DNA of 64,000 nucleotides from Pseudomonadota bacterium (GTDB lineage Bacteria; Pseudomonadota; Gammaproteobacteria; UBA1113): NCBI GenBank assembly GCA_021782495.1, contig JAJXUV010000009.1, positions 8,184 to 72,183 of the forward strand, read 5' to 3'. Shown piece by piece: positions 51,727 to 64,000 of this stretch (position 1 is its first letter; each line of letters starts with the position of its first letter). The notes under the pieces were generated by a model. It saw only the letters and a program-made list of their open reading frames with translations, ran no database searches and was not told where the DNA came from. The position numbers and the translations under genes were made by a program.

Positions 51727-51767
51727 CTCACTTAATTCCTACTAAATATAATATTTTTACTCATATT

Positions 51768-51933
51768 ACCGAGCCGCGACCGTCAGGGAGCGGTGGTTCA
51801 GAGTAAGAAACTACCACTACGAGAAACGGCCATTTCAAATCACGGACCTTTGATCCTTCGTTTAAAATTGACGTTTTCTCATAACCATGGTTCCTTACTT
51901 CGAACCTCCGCTCCCTGACGGTCGCGGCTCGGT
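51768..51933. repeat. Family A REP doublet between sucB and sucC
   Basis: accgagccgcgaccgtcagggagcgg...ccgctccctgacggtcgcggctcggt. Confidence 0.92.
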
Positions 51934-51955
51934 AGAAGAGAGCAATTCAATCTCT

Positions 51956-53122
51956 TCACAACGCTAACAACATCCGTGCGGGATCTTCCAAAAACTGTTT
52001 AACCGCAACCAAAAAGCCAACCGACTCACGACCATCAATGATACGGTGATCGTAAGACAAAGCCACATACATCATCGGACGTATCACCACTTGGCCATTC
52101 TCAGCGACAGGCCTGTCTTCTATTTTATGCATGCCCAAAATACCACTTTGGGGTGGGTTGATGATCGGCGTTGCCATCAAAGAACCAAAAACACCACCAT
52201 TGGTAATGGTAAAAGTGCCGCCTGTCATTTCTTCTACAGTCAATTTGCCTTCACGGGCTTTGGCAGCACTGGAAGCAATGCTTTTTTCAATGTCGGCCAA
52301 ACTCAAAGTTTCGGCATTGCGAATGATCGGCACCACCAAACCACGCGGCGTCGACACAGCAATTCCCACATCGTAATAACCGTGATAAATAATATCTTGA
52401 CCATCGATAGAGGCATTCACATCTGGAAATTTTTTCAAGGCTTCGACGACTGCTTTAGTAAAAAAAGACATAAAACCTAATTTCACGCCGTGCGTTTTTT
52501 CAAATTGTTCTTTATAACGATTGCGCAAATCCATCACCGGTTGCATGTTGATTTCATTGAAGGTCGTCAGCATCGCGGCATTGTGTTGGGCTTCCACCAA
52601 CCGCTCTGCAATTTTAGCGCGCAAACGCGTCATCGGCACACGTTCTTCTGTCCGCAATCCAGAAGCCATTGGAGCGGCCGGCGCTTTAGTCAAATCTTCT
52701 TTGACAATACGACCATCTTTGCCGCTGCCTTGAATACCTTGCACATTGATATCCCCTTCTGCCACTGCACGACGCACGGCGGGACTTAAATGCAAATCGG
52801 GATTGTTTTTCGCAGAAGCAACTTTAGTTTCGCTCGAAGCTTTGGCTGGAGATTGAGGCGCTGTCGCTGCCGACACTGCCCCCGCATTGATTTTACCTAA
52901 TAACGCATTGGACAAAACCGTCGCGCCTTCTGCTACCACAATTTCAGTTAAGACACCATTTTCTGGCGCAGGCACTTCCAAAACCACTTTATCGGTTTCC
53001 AAATCCACCAAGGTTTCATCGCGCTGCACAGGGTCGCCTGCTTTTTTGTGCCATTTGATGATGGTGGCATCCGCCACCGATTCAGGCAAGACTGGCACTC
53101 TGATTTCAATAGACATACTCAT
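51956..53122 (-). CDS. sucB: 2-oxoglutarate dehydrogenase E2
   Basis: ETDKV lipoyl motif, YDHRIIDG. Confidence 0.97.
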   Translation of the reverse strand: MSMSIEIRVPVLPESVADATIIKWHKKAGDPVQRDETLVDLETDKVVLEVPAPENGVLTEIVVAEGATVLSNALLGKINAGAVSAATAPQSPAKASSETKVASAKNNPDLHLSPAVRRAVAEGDINVQGIQGSGKDGRIVKEDLTKAPAAPMASGLRTEERVPMTRLRAKIAERLVEAQHNAAMLTTFNEINMQPVMDLRNRYKEQFEKTHGVKLGFMSFFTKAVVEALKKFPDVNASIDGQDIIYHGYYDVGIAVSTPRGLVVPIIRNAETLSLADIEKSIASSAAKAREGKLTVEEMTGGTFTITNGGVFGSLMATPIINPPQSGILGMHKIEDRPVAENGQVVIRPMMYVALSYDHRIIDGRESVGFLVAVKQFLEDPARMLLAL

Positions 53123-53130
53123 TTCCTCTC

Positions 53131-55950
53131 TTATTTTTTAATATTCAAAGCTTCGGCGACCAATTGCTGCTGCTCTGCCGCGTGTTTGGCCGCATACCCC
53201 GCCGCCGGCGAAGCCGAAGCAGGTCTTCCGACGTATTCCAAAGTTTGATCGCGCGTTAAGGCTCGACGCATATGATGCTGCGATGAATACCAAGCGCCTT
53301 GATTGTGCGGCTCTTCTTGACACCACACAATATTCTTGACTTGACTGTAAGCCGCCAAAACTTTTTTCAATTCGGCTTCGGGGAAGGGATACAATTGTTC
53401 GACGCGAATAATGGCAATGTCCTTGATGCCTTCATCACGACGTTTTTGCAAGAGATCGTAATAGACTTTGCCCGCACACAAAATAATGCGTTTTATTTTC
53501 TTAGGTGCCAAATCGTCTATTTCGCCTATCACGGGTTGGAAAGTGCCTTTCAATAAATCATCCCAAGTAGACACAGCCAATTTGGAACGCAATAAACTTT
53601 TGGGGGTCATCACAATCAAAGGTTTTCGATAAGGTCTTAGCATTTGTCGACGAATCATGTGAAAAACTTGAGCAGGTGTGGAAGGGACACACACTTGAAT
53701 ATTGTGTTGCGCGCACAATTGTAAAAATCGTTCCAAACGCGCCGAAGTATGTTCTGGCCCCATGCCTTCATAACCATGCGGTAAAAATAAAGCCAAACTC
53801 GACAAACGCGACCATTTTTGCTCTGCAGCACTAATGAATTGATCGATGACCACTTGTGCCCCATTCACAAAATCCCCGAATTGCGCCTCCCAAATCACCA
53901 AAGTTTTGGGTTCTGTGCTGGCATAACCGTATTCAAAAGCCATCACCGCTTCTTCAGACAAAACTGAATCGATCACTTCAATTTGCCCTGGACGTTGCGT
54001 GCATTGACTCAAAGGCAAATATTCTTGGCCAGTTTTGTAATCGTGTAAGACGGCGTGGCGATGCGCAAAAGTACCGCGCCCACAATCTTGACCTGAGATA
54101 CGAACGCCAAAGCCTGCTTCTAACAAAGAAGCATAAGCCAAATTTTCTGCGAATCCCCACATAAAAGGTTCTTTGCCTTCCAGCATTTGTTCACGCGCTT
54201 GCATTTCACGCGCGACCTGCGGCTGCAAGGAAAATCCAGAAGGCAGCGCCAATAATTTTTGGGCCAAAGCCTGTAGTTTTTTGGGATCTATTTTGGCTTC
54301 ATAAGCCACATCCCATTCTTTGTCTAAATAGGGTGTCCAATCGCATTCTGCCATATAGGCAGGGTTTTCATCGACCACAGAAACCGTCGCTTTGCCAGCA
54401 TCTAACAAAACTCGATAATCATCAATCCACTGGGCCTTTTCTTCAGCACTAATGACTTGTTGTTGTTCCAAAGTATCGCCGTATAAACTCAAGACTGTAG
54501 GCCGAGAACGAATCACTTGATACATCACCGGTTGTGTGATCGCCGGCTCATCGGCTTCATTGTGTCCTAACCGACGATAAGAAACCAAATCAATGACCAC
54601 ATCGCGATGAAATTGCATTCTAAAGGCAAAAGCCAATTGCGCGGCTTTCACCACGGCTTCCGGATCGTCGCCATTCACGTGAATGATGGGTGCCTCGATC
54701 ATTTTGGCCGCATCGGTACAATAACGAGAAGAACGGGCATCCTGTGGGTCGCTGGTCGTAAAACCCACTTGATTGTTTAAAACAATATGGATTGTTCCAC
54801 CCGTATTAAAACCACGCGTCTGCGACAAAGTGAAGGTTTCCATCACCACACCCTGACCAATAAAGGCCGCATCACCATGCACCACGACGGGAAGCACTTC
54901 CTCGCGCTGAGTATCCTTGATTCTATCTTGACGCGCACGCACGGAACCTTCAACTACCGGCGAAATGATTTCCAAATGCGAAGGATTAAACGCCAAAGCC
55001 AAATGCATTAAACCCTTGGGCGTTTCTACATTGGTTGAATAGCCCAAATGGTATTTCACATCTCCAGAGCGACCATTTTGCAAATGAATGCCAGCAAATT
55101 CATCGAATAACTTTTGAGTCGGTTTGCCGAGAATATTCACCAAGACATTCAAACGCCCTCGGTGCGCCATACCGATGACGAAACTTTTAAGGCCTCGATC
55201 GCTCGCTTTATGGACCAGGGTATCCATCAAGGGAATAAAACTATCGCTGCCTTCTAAGGAAAAACGTTTTTGCCCCACAAATTTATTGCCCAGATATTTT
55301 TCTAAGCCTTCTGCTGCAACCAATTTTTTGAAAATGTGTTTTCGCTCATCTGCAGACAAGACTTGCGTTGGCATTTTGTCTTCAAATTGCGTTTTCAGCC
55401 AAGAAAGCACCGCGGGATCGCTGATGTGCATGTATTCTAAGGCCATATGACCGCAATAAATGGTTTTTAAATATTGTCCAATGGCTTGCACGGGCGCACT
55501 GTCACCTAAATGATGAACGCCAAAATCTTGGGGATTCACTTGCATGCTAAGATCGGCCGCCGATAAGCCATAATTTTTAGGATCCAAAGAAGCGTGAGCG
55601 ACGGGAACCGCCAAACCCAAAGGATCTAAATTTGCAATCGTGTGGCCATAACGTCGATAAGCATCCAGCCACAAACCCATTTTATAATACACGGAAGAGG
55701 CGCCTGCACTGGTCACGACCCCTTGAATAGGCGCTTTGGCCAAAGCTAAAAAATGTTCTCGCACTTGCAATGGAGACACTTCAGATCCATTGACTTTAGG
55801 TAAACTTTCAAAATATTGGCGCCAATCCGAAGACAATTCATTGGGATCACGCAAATAAATTTCATACATTTCTTCCAAATACGCCACATTGCTGCCCGCT
55901 AAAAAGGACGTTTTTTGCATTTTTTGTAAATAAGGATCGCGGATAGACAT
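53131..55950 (-). CDS. sucA: 2-oxoglutarate dehydrogenase E1
   Basis: [30 protein letters not shown]; start taken at ATG 55950. Confidence 0.97.
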   Translation of the reverse strand: MSIRDPYLQKMQKTSFLAGSNVAYLEEMYEIYLRDPNELSSDWRQYFESLPKVNGSEVSPLQVREHFLALAKAPIQGVVTSAGASSVYYKMGLWLDAYRRYGHTIANLDPLGLAVPVAHASLDPKNYGLSAADLSMQVNPQDFGVHHLGDSAPVQAIGQYLKTIYCGHMALEYMHISDPAVLSWLKTQFEDKMPTQVLSADERKHIFKKLVAAEGLEKYLGNKFVGQKRFSLEGSDSFIPLMDTLVHKASDRGLKSFVIGMAHRGRLNVLVNILGKPTQKLFDEFAGIHLQNGRSGDVKYHLGYSTNVETPKGLMHLALAFNPSHLEIISPVVEGSVRARQDRIKDTQREEVLPVVVHGDAAFIGQGVVMETFTLSQTRGFNTGGTIHIVLNNQVGFTTSDPQDARSSRYCTDAAKMIEAPIIHVNGDDPEAVVKAAQLAFAFRMQFHRDVVIDLVSYRRLGHNEADEPAITQPVMYQVIRSRPTVLSLYGDTLEQQQVISAEEKAQWIDDYRVLLDAGKATVSVVDENPAYMAECDWTPYLDKEWDVAYEAKIDPKKLQALAQKLLALPSGFSLQPQVAREMQAREQMLEGKEPFMWGFAENLAYASLLEAGFGVRISGQDCGRGTFAHRHAVLHDYKTGQEYLPLSQCTQRPGQIEVIDSVLSEEAVMAFEYGYASTEPKTLVIWEAQFGDFVNGAQVVIDQFISAAEQKWSRLSSLALFLPHGYEGMGPEHTSARLERFLQLCAQHNIQVCVPSTPAQVFHMIRRQMLRPYRKPLIVMTPKSLLRSKLAVSTWDDLLKGTFQPVIGEIDDLAPKKIKRIILCAGKVYYDLLQKRRDEGIKDIAIIRVEQLYPFPEAELKKVLAAYSQVKNIVWCQEEPHNQGAWYSSQHHMRRALTRDQTLEYVGRPASASPAAGYAAKHAAEQQQLVAEALNIKK

Positions 55951-55952
55951 GC

Positions 55953-56678
55953 TTAATTTCCTTCTGCTAATAATTCTGAACGGATATGGCCTATGGCGCG
56001 CGTTGGATTTAAGCCTTTGGGGCACACTTCCACACAATTCATAACGCCTCTGCAGCGAAAGACACTGAAAGGATCGGTCAGCGCTTCTAAACGTTCTGCA
56101 GTCGCCGTGTCACGGCTGTCTGCGATGAATCGATAGGCTTGTAATAAGCCTGCAGGCCCCACAAATTTGTCAGGATTCCACCAGAAAGAAGGACAAGAAG
56201 TCGAACAACAAGCACACAAAATACATTCGTACAAGCCATCGAGTTTTTTACGCTCTGCCGGACTTTGTAAACGTTCTTTGGTAGGCAGTGGTTCGTTGTT
56301 GATTAAATACGGTTTTATTTTTTCGTATTGTTTGAAAAAAGCCGTCATGTCGACAATAAGATCGCGGATCACCGGCAATCCCGGCAAAGGACGCAATTCA
56401 ATGGGTTGTTTCAAAGAAGACAATAAAGTCACGCAAGCCAGCCCATTGCGGCCATTGATGTTCATGCCATCAGAACCGCAGACGCCTTCGCGACAAGAAC
56501 GTCGGAAAGCCAGACTGTCATCCATTGCTTTGATGCGCAAAATCGCTTCCAACAACATCATATCCTGATTCGCAGGAATGTTTAATTCATATTCTTGCAT
56601 ATAAGGCTTTGCATCCACTTCAGGATTAAAGCGATAAATTTTAAATTTGACGCTCTGCATGGCTTCGGACATGGACAT
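55953..56678 (-). CDS. sdhB: Succinate dehydrogenase Fe-S subunit
   Basis: SCREGVCGSD, CILCACCSTSCP. Confidence 0.97.
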   Translation of the reverse strand: MSMSEAMQSVKFKIYRFNPEVDAKPYMQEYELNIPANQDMMLLEAILRIKAMDDSLAFRRSCREGVCGSDGMNINGRNGLACVTLLSSLKQPIELRPLPGLPVIRDLIVDMTAFFKQYEKIKPYLINNEPLPTKERLQSPAERKKLDGLYECILCACCSTSCPSFWWNPDKFVGPAGLLQAYRFIADSRDTATAERLEALTDPFSVFRCRGVMNCVEVCPKGLNPTRAIGHIRSELLAEGN

Positions 56679-56689
56679 ACCTCTTACAA

Positions 56690-58456
56690 TTAATAGACTC
56701 GTTCTTTGGGTTCAAAGGGTTTCATGTGCAAAGGTTTCATATTCACTGCACGTTTACTCATACGATGACTCTCACCGTGATACACTGTATGCGTTAACCA
56801 ATTCGCATCGTCTCGTTTTGGAAAATCTTCTCGGCTGTGTGCACCGCGGCTTTCCGTTCTGTAAATCGCGGCATGTGCTGTGGCCAAAGCCGTGGCCATC
56901 AGATTATCCAATTCTAAGGCTTCGATACGCGAAGTATTAAAGACCCGGCTGTGATCTTGAAAAGCGGCATGGTGCAATCGTTGTTGCAATTGCAACAATT
57001 TATCCAAGCCTTCTTGCATGTGTTCGCCCGTTCTAAACACGCCAAAATCTTCTTGCATGGTTTTTTGCATTTCAAAACGGATTTGACTCACTGATTCGCC
57101 TTCACGTGCATTGTCCCAACGATTCAAACGGCTTAAAGCCGCTTCTATTTCTGCATCACCGACATCTTTTAAAGGCAGTTCGTGCAATTTTTCTTTGACG
57201 TCCAAACCTGCAGCTCGACCAAAGACCACCAAATCCAACAAAGAATTGCCACCCAAACGATTCGCGCCATGCACGGAAACACAAGCACATTCGCCCACAG
57301 CATACAGTCCTTCTAAAACTTGATCATTGCCTTTGTAATCGACCGTGACCACTTGGCCCAAACGGTTTGTGGGAATACCGCCCATCATGTAATGGCAAGT
57401 CGGCACCACCGGAATGGGTTCTCGAATAGGATCCACGCCCGCAAAAGTAATCGACAATTCTCGAATACCTGGCAAACGGGAATTGATAAGATCGGCGCCC
57501 AAATGATCCAATTTTAATTTAACGCACTTCACCCCATTGATGTCATAGCCATTGCCGGCACGTAATTCTAAAGACATAGCACGTGCAACCACATCGCGCG
57601 AAGCCAAATCTTTGGCGTGTGGCGCATAGCGTTCCATAAAACGCTCGCCGTCTTTATTGATCAAGTATCCACCCTCACCTCGACAGCCTTCCGTCACCAA
57701 CACACCCGCACCAGCGATCCCCGTCGGGTGAAATTGCCACATTTCAATGTCTTGAATGGGTAGCCCCGCTCGAATCGCCATGCCAATGCCATCGCCTGTG
57801 TTGATCAAAGCATTGGTGGTGGATTGGTAAATTCGACCCGCACCGCCGGTCGCAAAAATAATGGCGCGTGCGCGCATCAAGACTGTTTCACCGGTTTCAA
57901 TGTGAATTGCTAAAATTCCCGCAAAACCTTGGCCATCGGTGGCTTTTACCAAATCTAAAGCATACCATTCCGAAAACACATTGGTTTTTTCAGCGATATT
58001 GCGTTGATACAAAGTATGTAACAAAGCATGACCCGTTCTATCGGCCGCTGCACAGGTTCTAGCGGCTTGTTCGCCGCCGAAATCTTTGGATTGACCGCCG
58101 AAAGGACGTTGGTAAATTCGGCCATTGTCTAAACGCGAAAAAGGCAAACCCATGTGTTCTAATTCATACACCACTTGAGGACCCACTTCACACATGTATT
58201 CGATGCAATCTTGATCGCCGATGTAATCCGAGCCTTTTACCGTATCATACATATGCCATCGCCAATCATCAGGATGCACATTCCCTAAAGCACAGGTAAT
58301 GCCACCTTGTGCTGAAACGGTATGCGAACGCGTGGGGAATACTTTAGACACCAAGGCCACTTGCGAACCCGATTCTGCCAAAGCCAAAGCCGCGCGCATA
58401 CCCGCACCGCCGGCGCCGATAATAATTGCATCAAAGGTATAGGTTGCTAAAGTCAT
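56690..58456 (-). CDS. sdhA: Succinate dehydrogenase flavoprotein
   Basis: [23 protein letters not shown]; start taken at ATG 58456. Confidence 0.97.
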   Translation of the reverse strand: MTLATYTFDAIIIGAGGAGMRAALALAESGSQVALVSKVFPTRSHTVSAQGGITCALGNVHPDDWRWHMYDTVKGSDYIGDQDCIEYMCEVGPQVVYELEHMGLPFSRLDNGRIYQRPFGGQSKDFGGEQAARTCAAADRTGHALLHTLYQRNIAEKTNVFSEWYALDLVKATDGQGFAGILAIHIETGETVLMRARAIIFATGGAGRIYQSTTNALINTGDGIGMAIRAGLPIQDIEMWQFHPTGIAGAGVLVTEGCRGEGGYLINKDGERFMERYAPHAKDLASRDVVARAMSLELRAGNGYDINGVKCVKLKLDHLGADLINSRLPGIRELSITFAGVDPIREPIPVVPTCHYMMGGIPTNRLGQVVTVDYKGNDQVLEGLYAVGECACVSVHGANRLGGNSLLDLVVFGRAAGLDVKEKLHELPLKDVGDAEIEAALSRLNRWDNAREGESVSQIRFEMQKTMQEDFGVFRTGEHMQEGLDKLLQLQQRLHHAAFQDHSRVFNTSRIEALELDNLMATALATAHAAIYRTESRGAHSREDFPKRDDANWLTHTVYHGESHRMSKRAVNMKPLHMKPFEPKERVY

Positions 58457-58803
58457 TACACGCTCCACACTATCACGATCGCCGCCACAAAATAGACGAA
58501 CAAGGCGATCATCACCAACATTTCTAAAGTTAAGCGCACACAAGCCGGCTTCACATAATCCGTTAGAATCGTCCACATTCCGACCCAGGCATGCACCAAT
58601 AAACTGAAGGCCGCTAAAATGCTAAAGAGTTTAACGCCGATGTGATGAAAAAATTGAAACCACACCACATAATCCAATTGAGGCGTTGACCAGATGAATC
58701 CCAAAATAAACACGGTGTACAAAGCTAAAATGACAGCGCTCACCCGCTGCCACAACCAATCTCGAACCCCATTCCCCGTCAAAGAAGTTGCACTTCTTAC
58801 CAT
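58456..58803 (-). CDS. sdhD: Succinate dehydrogenase membrane anchor
   Basis: [20 protein letters not shown]. Confidence 0.95.
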   Translation of the reverse strand: MVRSATSLTGNGVRDWLWQRVSAVILALYTVFILGFIWSTPQLDYVVWFQFFHHIGVKLFSILAAFSLLVHAWVGMWTILTDYVKPACVRLTLEMLVMIALFVYFVAAIVIVWSV

Positions 58804-59171
58804 AACCACACTCCTAAGCCCATCGCCAAAAGTACTACCACCACTAACACTATTCTAGCACCGCGCCGACCACTGATTTTTTCTTCACCTACGCCCATGT
58901 CCATCAACAAATGCCGTATGCCCGCAACCCAGTGGTACAAGAGGGCCAATAAAATCAGGTAAACCAGGCCTCGCGTCCAGCAACTCTGCAAAGCATTGTG
59001 AATTTCATCGTAAGTGCTGGCCGTGGCTAAAGACTGGTTCCATATGTAGAGTATATATGGTATGGCTAAAAACAACACAACCCCGGAAATTCTGTGCAAA
59101 ATAGATACGACAGCCATCACCGGCATGCGGATTTTGCTCAGATCCAGATAAACTGGCCTTGGTTTATTCAT
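58797..59171 (-). CDS. sdhC: Succinate dehydrogenase cytochrome b556
   Basis: RPVYLDL, SILHRISG, GIRHLLMD. Confidence 0.95.
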   Translation of the reverse strand: MNKPRPVYLDLSKIRMPVMAVVSILHRISGVVLFLAIPYILYIWNQSLATASTYDEIHNALQSCWTRGLVYLILLALLYHWVAGIRHLLMDMGVGEEKISGRRGARIVLVVVVLLAMGLGVWLW

Positions 59172-59279
59172 TCAGTATCCCCAATAACAAGCTTCACTCA
59201 GGGCCAATAGTATAGCGAGAAATAAAGCAGAACTCCAGACTCCGACTCAGAGCGCCGAAAGTTTCGAGTTGCGTGAAGA

Positions 59280-59301
59280 CCCTGACGGTCGCGGCTCGGT
59301 T
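59280..59301. repeat. Partial family A REP unit
   Basis: ccctgacggtcgcggctcggtt. Confidence 0.75.
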
Positions 59302-59616
59302 AAATCAGCGTGCTCTTATAATTTGGCCGAGGTCGAAACCCCATCTTTCTTGGGCATGCTGTATTGTCTTTCAAAATAGGTGGAAATCCCGCCTGCCGAT
59401 CGCAAAGCAGGCTTGGCAAGTCTTACTCGAAATTATTGGTTTTATATAGCGGACAATGATCAAAACTTGCAGAAAACCATTTCGATGATGAGTCAACTGT
59501 ATGCGCTCTTGGAAAAAGATCTGGGGCAAGCTAACCCTGTGTTGCCTTTACCCGTGTAGCCAAAAATGAAATAGAGTGCTAAAATTAAAAGCTCCAACTC
59601 AACCTGGGTACATACC

Positions 59617-60903
59617 ATGACAGACAACGCAAAATTAGTCCTAAACAAGGATCAAACCGCAGAATTGCCTATCCATAAAGCCACTTTAGGCGAGCCGGTG
59701 ATCGACATCGCGCCTTTGGCCAATCTCGGCCATTTTACTTATGATCCGGGTTTTGGCTTAACCGCGGCTTGTGCTTCGAGTATCACTTACATCGATGGAA
59801 ACAAGGGCCAGTTATTGTACCGAGGCTACCCCATCGAACAATTGGCAGAAAAATCGGATTATTTGGAAGTTTGTTATTTATTGTTAGAAGGCGAATTGCC
59901 CAATACAGCGCAAAAAAGCGCATTCATTGATCAAATCAAACACCATACTTTGATTCACGAACAAATACGGTCTTTTTTCAACGGTTTTAGACGCGATGCA
60001 CACCCCATGGCCATCATGATGGGTGTTGTCGGCGCTTTGTCTTCTTTTTACCACGACAGTTTAGACATCCACAATGCCGAATACAGACAACTTGCGGCTT
60101 ATCGGCTGATTGCCAAAATGCCGACTTTGGCAGCCATGTGTTACAAATATTCCATCGGCCAGCCTTTTATGTATCCGCAAAATCACTTAGATTACAGCGA
60201 AAACTTTTTGCAAATGATGTTTGGCGTACCTTCTTCGCCTTGGCAGAATTCTCCCACGCTAGCCCGCGCCATCGATAAAATTTTCATTTTGCACGCCGAT
60301 CATGAACAAAATGCTTCGACTTCAACGGTGCGCATGGCAGGATCTTCGGGTGCCAATCCTTTTGCTTGTATTGCCGCTGGCATCGCCACTTTGTGGGGGC
60401 CGGCACATGGCGGCGCAAATGAAGCGGTCTTGAATATGTTGCATGAAATTGGCGATGCCAAACACATTCCCCAATACATCGCCAAAGCCAAAGACAAAAA
60501 CGATCCTTTCAGACTCATGGGCTTTGGTCACCGCGTTTATAAAAATTATGATCCACGCGCTAAAATCATGCGCGAAGTCTGTCATGAAGTCTTGGCTGAA
60601 ACCGGCAAAGGCGATTCGCCACTCTTTAAACTCGCCATGGCTTTGGAAAAAATTGCGCTGGAAGACGATTACTTCATCGAGAAAAAACTCTATCCCAATG
60701 TCGATTTTTATTCAGGCATCACCTTAAGCGCGATGGGAATCCCCATCAGCATGTTCACCGTCATTTTTGCTTTGGCGAGAACCGTGGGTTGGATTTCACA
60801 TTGGATGGAAATGCTCTCCACCGGCAACACTAAAATTGGACGTCCACGACAATTGTATCTGGGCGAGAAACAACGCAATTTTGTGCCGATGAAGAAGCGT
60901 TGA
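59617..60903 (+). CDS. gltA: Type II citrate synthase
   Basis: [34 protein letters not shown]. Confidence 0.98.
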   Translation: MTDNAKLVLNKDQTAELPIHKATLGEPVIDIAPLANLGHFTYDPGFGLTAACASSITYIDGNKGQLLYRGYPIEQLAEKSDYLEVCYLLLEGELPNTAQKSAFIDQIKHHTLIHEQIRSFFNGFRRDAHPMAIMMGVVGALSSFYHDSLDIHNAEYRQLAAYRLIAKMPTLAAMCYKYSIGQPFMYPQNHLDYSENFLQMMFGVPSSPWQNSPTLARAIDKIFILHADHEQNASTSTVRMAGSSGANPFACIAAGIATLWGPAHGGANEAVLNMLHEIGDAKHIPQYIAKAKDKNDPFRLMGFGHRVYKNYDPRAKIMREVCHEVLAETGKGDSPLFKLAMALEKIALEDDYFIEKKLYPNVDFYSGITLSAMGIPISMFTVIFALARTVGWISHWMEMLSTGNTKIGRPRQLYLGEKQRNFVPMKKR

Positions 60904-60904
60904 T

Positions 60905-61609
60905 TTAGCGGCTAAAACTATTTGATGAAGCTTCATCATAACTATTCATGCCTCTTAGCTTTTCAGCCATAGAAACATGACCTCGTTGTTTTGCTAAACC
61001 CGCAGGCGTAATCTCAGAATCACGCGTCATCGCTACTAACAATATTCTTTCTTCATTCTCATTAGTACACTTCCGCACCCAGGCGACCAAACTCACAACA
61101 TTAAAATACGCTGCAAGGTGTAAAATATTCCAACCGTTGCCATCTGCTATAGTTGGGTCGGCTTTTTGTTCTAGTAAATTTTCGACCGTTTTAATCAAAG
61201 CATATATTTCTTGTAGCGGTAAATTTTCTTCTGTTCTTAATTGATGAATGATCTCAATCAGTCTTTTTGTTTTGTCTAGTCTAGAGTATAATTCTTCTGG
61301 AGAAACATCTCGATACTGCAGATTTTATAAACATATATAAAGTGAAACGGGTATTATTACTTTCTGTGTATCGAATGTTCTGAATCCTAAGGAAGCGCCG
61401 GGAAAAGAACGATCCAGCACATTTTTAAAATCATTCCATCTTATTAGAAGGGACTCTGCACCGGGTCCCGGACCATAATCATTAGAATGAATAATCACAG
61501 ATTCTTTATTAGACAATAAGATTATTTGTTCAGCGATTGAAAATTCTTTGAAGGGCAGAAAAAATTGATCTTGCTTTATTTTAACTTTAGAACTCATCGC
61601 AGCCATCAT
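60905..61609 (-). pseudogene. Ankyrin-repeat gene interrupted by one in-frame TAA (61325-61327)
   Basis: The 94-aa and 97-aa ORFs are in the same frame and the stretch between them is open; C-terminal ADPTIADGNGWNILHLAA ankyrin repeat. Confidence 0.75.
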
Positions 61610-61762
61610 TTTACCTCACTTTATTTATAATCTCTATGCATATCAGTTCAAACGCGAGGGAGTATACATACAATGCATTTTAAAATGCAAATGATGAAGT
61701 AATACACACAATAAAAAAAGGAAGTATAACGCAATATTTTAAATTGTCAATAGGATTTTTTA

Positions 61763-62581
61763 TTAATACCATTCATAATTGAGTAAATCATAATAAGCTT
61801 CTTTGAGCCACTTCATTTGCTCATCCAAATCTTGAATACCCCGCGAAATCACTTCCACTTGCTTTTCTCGAAACGCAATTTGCAAATCTTGAACCGCTTT
61901 CTCGAAAGCAGGCGTCGCGCTATACTGCAAAGCGCCCCGGATTTTATGCAAGATATCGTTCATACTCGAGTGATCTTGCTCACTTTGAGCACTTTTTAAG
62001 GCTTCTAAATCGTCTGCCAAAGAAACAATCAACAATTCCAAAGCTTGAATGGCTTTTTCTTTAGTTCCTTCGCACAATCGATCCATCCCTAATTTTAAAT
62101 CGATCACGGGTCGACTCAGATCCGTGTGTTCATAAGATGGATGCTTAACTTGGTGTAATATAAAATTTCTAGTCTCTTCTTCCGTCAAAGGTTTTACAAC
62201 CACGGTTGTAAAACCTGCTTGCAAAGCTTCTTGATGTTTATTTTGTTCACGATAGGCCGTCAACGCCACAAAAGGCGTCTTTTTATTTTTAGATTCTGCT
62301 TGAGTTCGCGCGGCAGCAATAATATCTAGCGCCGAACCATCGCTTAAACACAAATCTGCTACCACCAAATTATAAGCCTGTTGATTTAATTTTTCATTAG
62401 CTTCAAAGACTGTTTTAGCGGTATCAATTTTTCTATCGGTTAAACGCGCTAAAATTTCTTTTTCGACGAATAAACAAACAGTATCATCTTCAATCAATAA
62501 AATAGCCTGCGAAGAATCATGCTCTTTCTTAGCACTTAATACAGTCCGTGGAGCACTTTCAAATATCGAATCGGCGGTCAT
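61763..62581 (-). CDS. Receiver + Hpt domain protein
   Basis: LLIEDD, VVAD, VALTA, KP receiver motifs; LHKIRG Hpt motif. Confidence 0.85.
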   Translation of the reverse strand: MTADSIFESAPRTVLSAKKEHDSSQAILLIEDDTVCLFVEKEILARLTDRKIDTAKTVFEANEKLNQQAYNLVVADLCLSDGSALDIIAAARTQAESKNKKTPFVALTAYREQNKHQEALQAGFTTVVVKPLTEEETRNFILHQVKHPSYEHTDLSRPVIDLKLGMDRLCEGTKEKAIQALELLIVSLADDLEALKSAQSEQDHSSMNDILHKIRGALQYSATPAFEKAVQDLQIAFREKQVEVISRGIQDLDEQMKWLKEAYYDLLNYEWY

Positions 62582-62845
62582 TTGGTAACCTCTCAACAAA
62601 GGATGGATATTAAAAGCGTAGAAGAAAGCCGTCGAGATAGCAAAAACATAATATGGTAGTGCACTTAAAAATTGCGCTAAAAATGGCCAGTTTAATCAAA
62701 CAGTTGACCCCATTATCCCTCTTTGAAGTCAAAATCAATCCCTTCATTTTCAGAAATCTCGTACAAATGTTAGAGCGATCCCGAACCAACTTTCTCGCTC
62801 CTAGCCACGAGCGCTTGTCGGTTCTATAAAAAAATTTCTACGGAA

Positions 62846-63409
62846 CTATAAGTACGGCACTCGAGCCAAATAAGGAAGGAGAAACTCTGTAATCAAAAGA
62901 GGTGCATCATCCCATAAAAAAATAGAACGGCGCGCTGGCCATAAGGGTTCATTTATCCGGCTATCGGGATTGAAAGTAAAAAAAGCACTGACATAATCGG
63001 AATTCGCATCAAAACAAGCAAATTCGAAGGCTTGACGCGCAACCTCTTGATTATTGTGCAACAAACTATCGCCTATAAATTGTCGGCCTAAGTTTGAAAA
63101 AGCTTCTTTATGCGCTTCATAGGTTGTATGAGGAATAATTACTCTTCCATAACACAAAGGATGGCCGCTTTGGCTTCCAATGAGGACTTGTCGAATGTGG
63201 GCTTTTTCAGGGCCTAAACCCAAAACCACGGCTTCATCGACAAAAGGTTTGGCGTAGGTGTATTGCAATTTTTGCATCACCACTTCACCCAAAGCCGCCT
63301 TAAAAGCCTGGACCAAACGAGGTGCTCCTAGCAGCCATTGTCGACGCTCATCTGGTATCGAGACAGCCTTGATCTCTTTGTGCCACAAACTTGCATTTAT
63401 TAAAGACAT
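62846..63409 (-). CDS. ubiC: Chorismate pyruvate-lyase
   Basis: [30 protein letters not shown]. Confidence 0.8.
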   Translation of the reverse strand: MSLINASLWHKEIKAVSIPDERRQWLLGAPRLVQAFKAALGEVVMQKLQYTYAKPFVDEAVVLGLGPEKAHIRQVLIGSQSGHPLCYGRVIIPHTTYEAHKEAFSNLGRQFIGDSLLHNNQEVARQAFEFACFDANSDYVSAFFTFNPDSRINEPLWPARRSIFLWDDAPLLITEFLLPYLARVPYL

Positions 63410-63449
63410 TTTTTACAATATCCCCTGTTTCATCACTAGAGTCACACTC

Positions 63450-64000
63450 ATGACCATCAGTTTATTCGACCTCTTCTCTATTGGCATCGGCCCTTCTAGC
63501 TCTCATACGGTAGGCCCTATGCGCGCGGCCAAAGCGTTTGTGCAGAGTTTAACACAAATGACGGCTGCACCGTGCACCAGAATACAAGTCGATTTATATG
63601 GTTCGCTGGCTTTAACAGGTAAAGGCCATGGCACCGACAAAGCCATCTTAAATGGTTTAGAAGGTTATACCCCCGAAGATGTAGTTCCCGAAGAAGTGGG
63701 TCCTCGCGCACAGTCTATTCTTCAAGAAGAACAATTAAAACTGGCCGTTTTAGGCACTATTCCTTTTCACCCTAAAACGGATTTGCTCTTTCATTATGAG
63801 GAAACGCTACCGCTACACGCCAATGGCATGCGTTTTAGCGCTTTCGACAAAAACGCAGCGCTTCTCTGCGAACAAACTTATTATTCTATCGGCGGCGGTT
63901 TTATAGTCACCGAGGCAGAAATGCAACATTCTGCTCCTGTTGAAGAAAAACAACCCTACCCTTTTTCTACGGCTGCGGAATTATTGGCTTTATGCAAAAA
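63450..64000 (+). CDS. sdaA: L-serine dehydratase, truncated by the window edge (not in ORF track)
   Basis: [27 protein letters not shown]...[12 protein letters not shown]...YYSIGGGF. Confidence 0.95.
   Translation, partial: MTISLFDLFSIGIGPSSSHTVGPMRAAKAFVQSLTQMTAAPCTRIQVDLYGSLALTGKGHGTDKAILNGLEGYTPEDVVPEEVGPRAQSILQEEQLKLAVLGTIPFHPKTDLLFHYEETLPLHANGMRFSAFDKNAALLCEQTYYSIGGGFIVTEAEMQHSAPVEEKQPYPFSTAAELLALCK

Noticed and set aside
59332-59559. Possible decayed gene in the sdhC-gltA spacer (~59-codon frame from GTG ~59380)
   Set aside because: No recognisable motif or ribosome-binding site.

Overview
A 64-kb chromosomal segment from a gammaproteobacterium that looks Legionellales/Coxiellaceae-like. 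This is an inference from its eukaryote-like ankyrin, J-domain and coiled-coil orphans, an H1-like AKKST protein and a LetA-type box. Core blocks are ampD-ampE, an Rrf2-sufBCDSU-sufT-Rieske operon, ada, ligA, rdgC, ccmABCDEFGH(I)-pilE, a GspE/PilB ATPase, photolyase, sdhCDAB-sucABCD with divergent gltA, ubiC and a partial sdaA. Between them lie AT-richer islands of large putative secreted effectors. Several structures are not in the ORF track. (1) A ~230-nt CsrB/Rsm-type sRNA with 14 GGA motifs has its own promoter, operator-like repeat, IHF site, LetA/GacA-type box and terminator, and sits next to a DARS-like DnaA-box triplet. (2) At least five families of short palindromic elements occur, including a CAGGG-ended MITE with a 9-bp target duplication that carries a REP doublet, and palindromes read in-frame inside CcmF and CcmH. 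(3) A REP-bounded tandem duplication of ankyrin genes has tails with ESCRT-type motifs (PSAP, YPx3L, MIM2-like). (4) A TPR-flanked, apparently circularly permuted ATP-grasp protein is present. No database searches or computations were run; all calls are by motif recognition.
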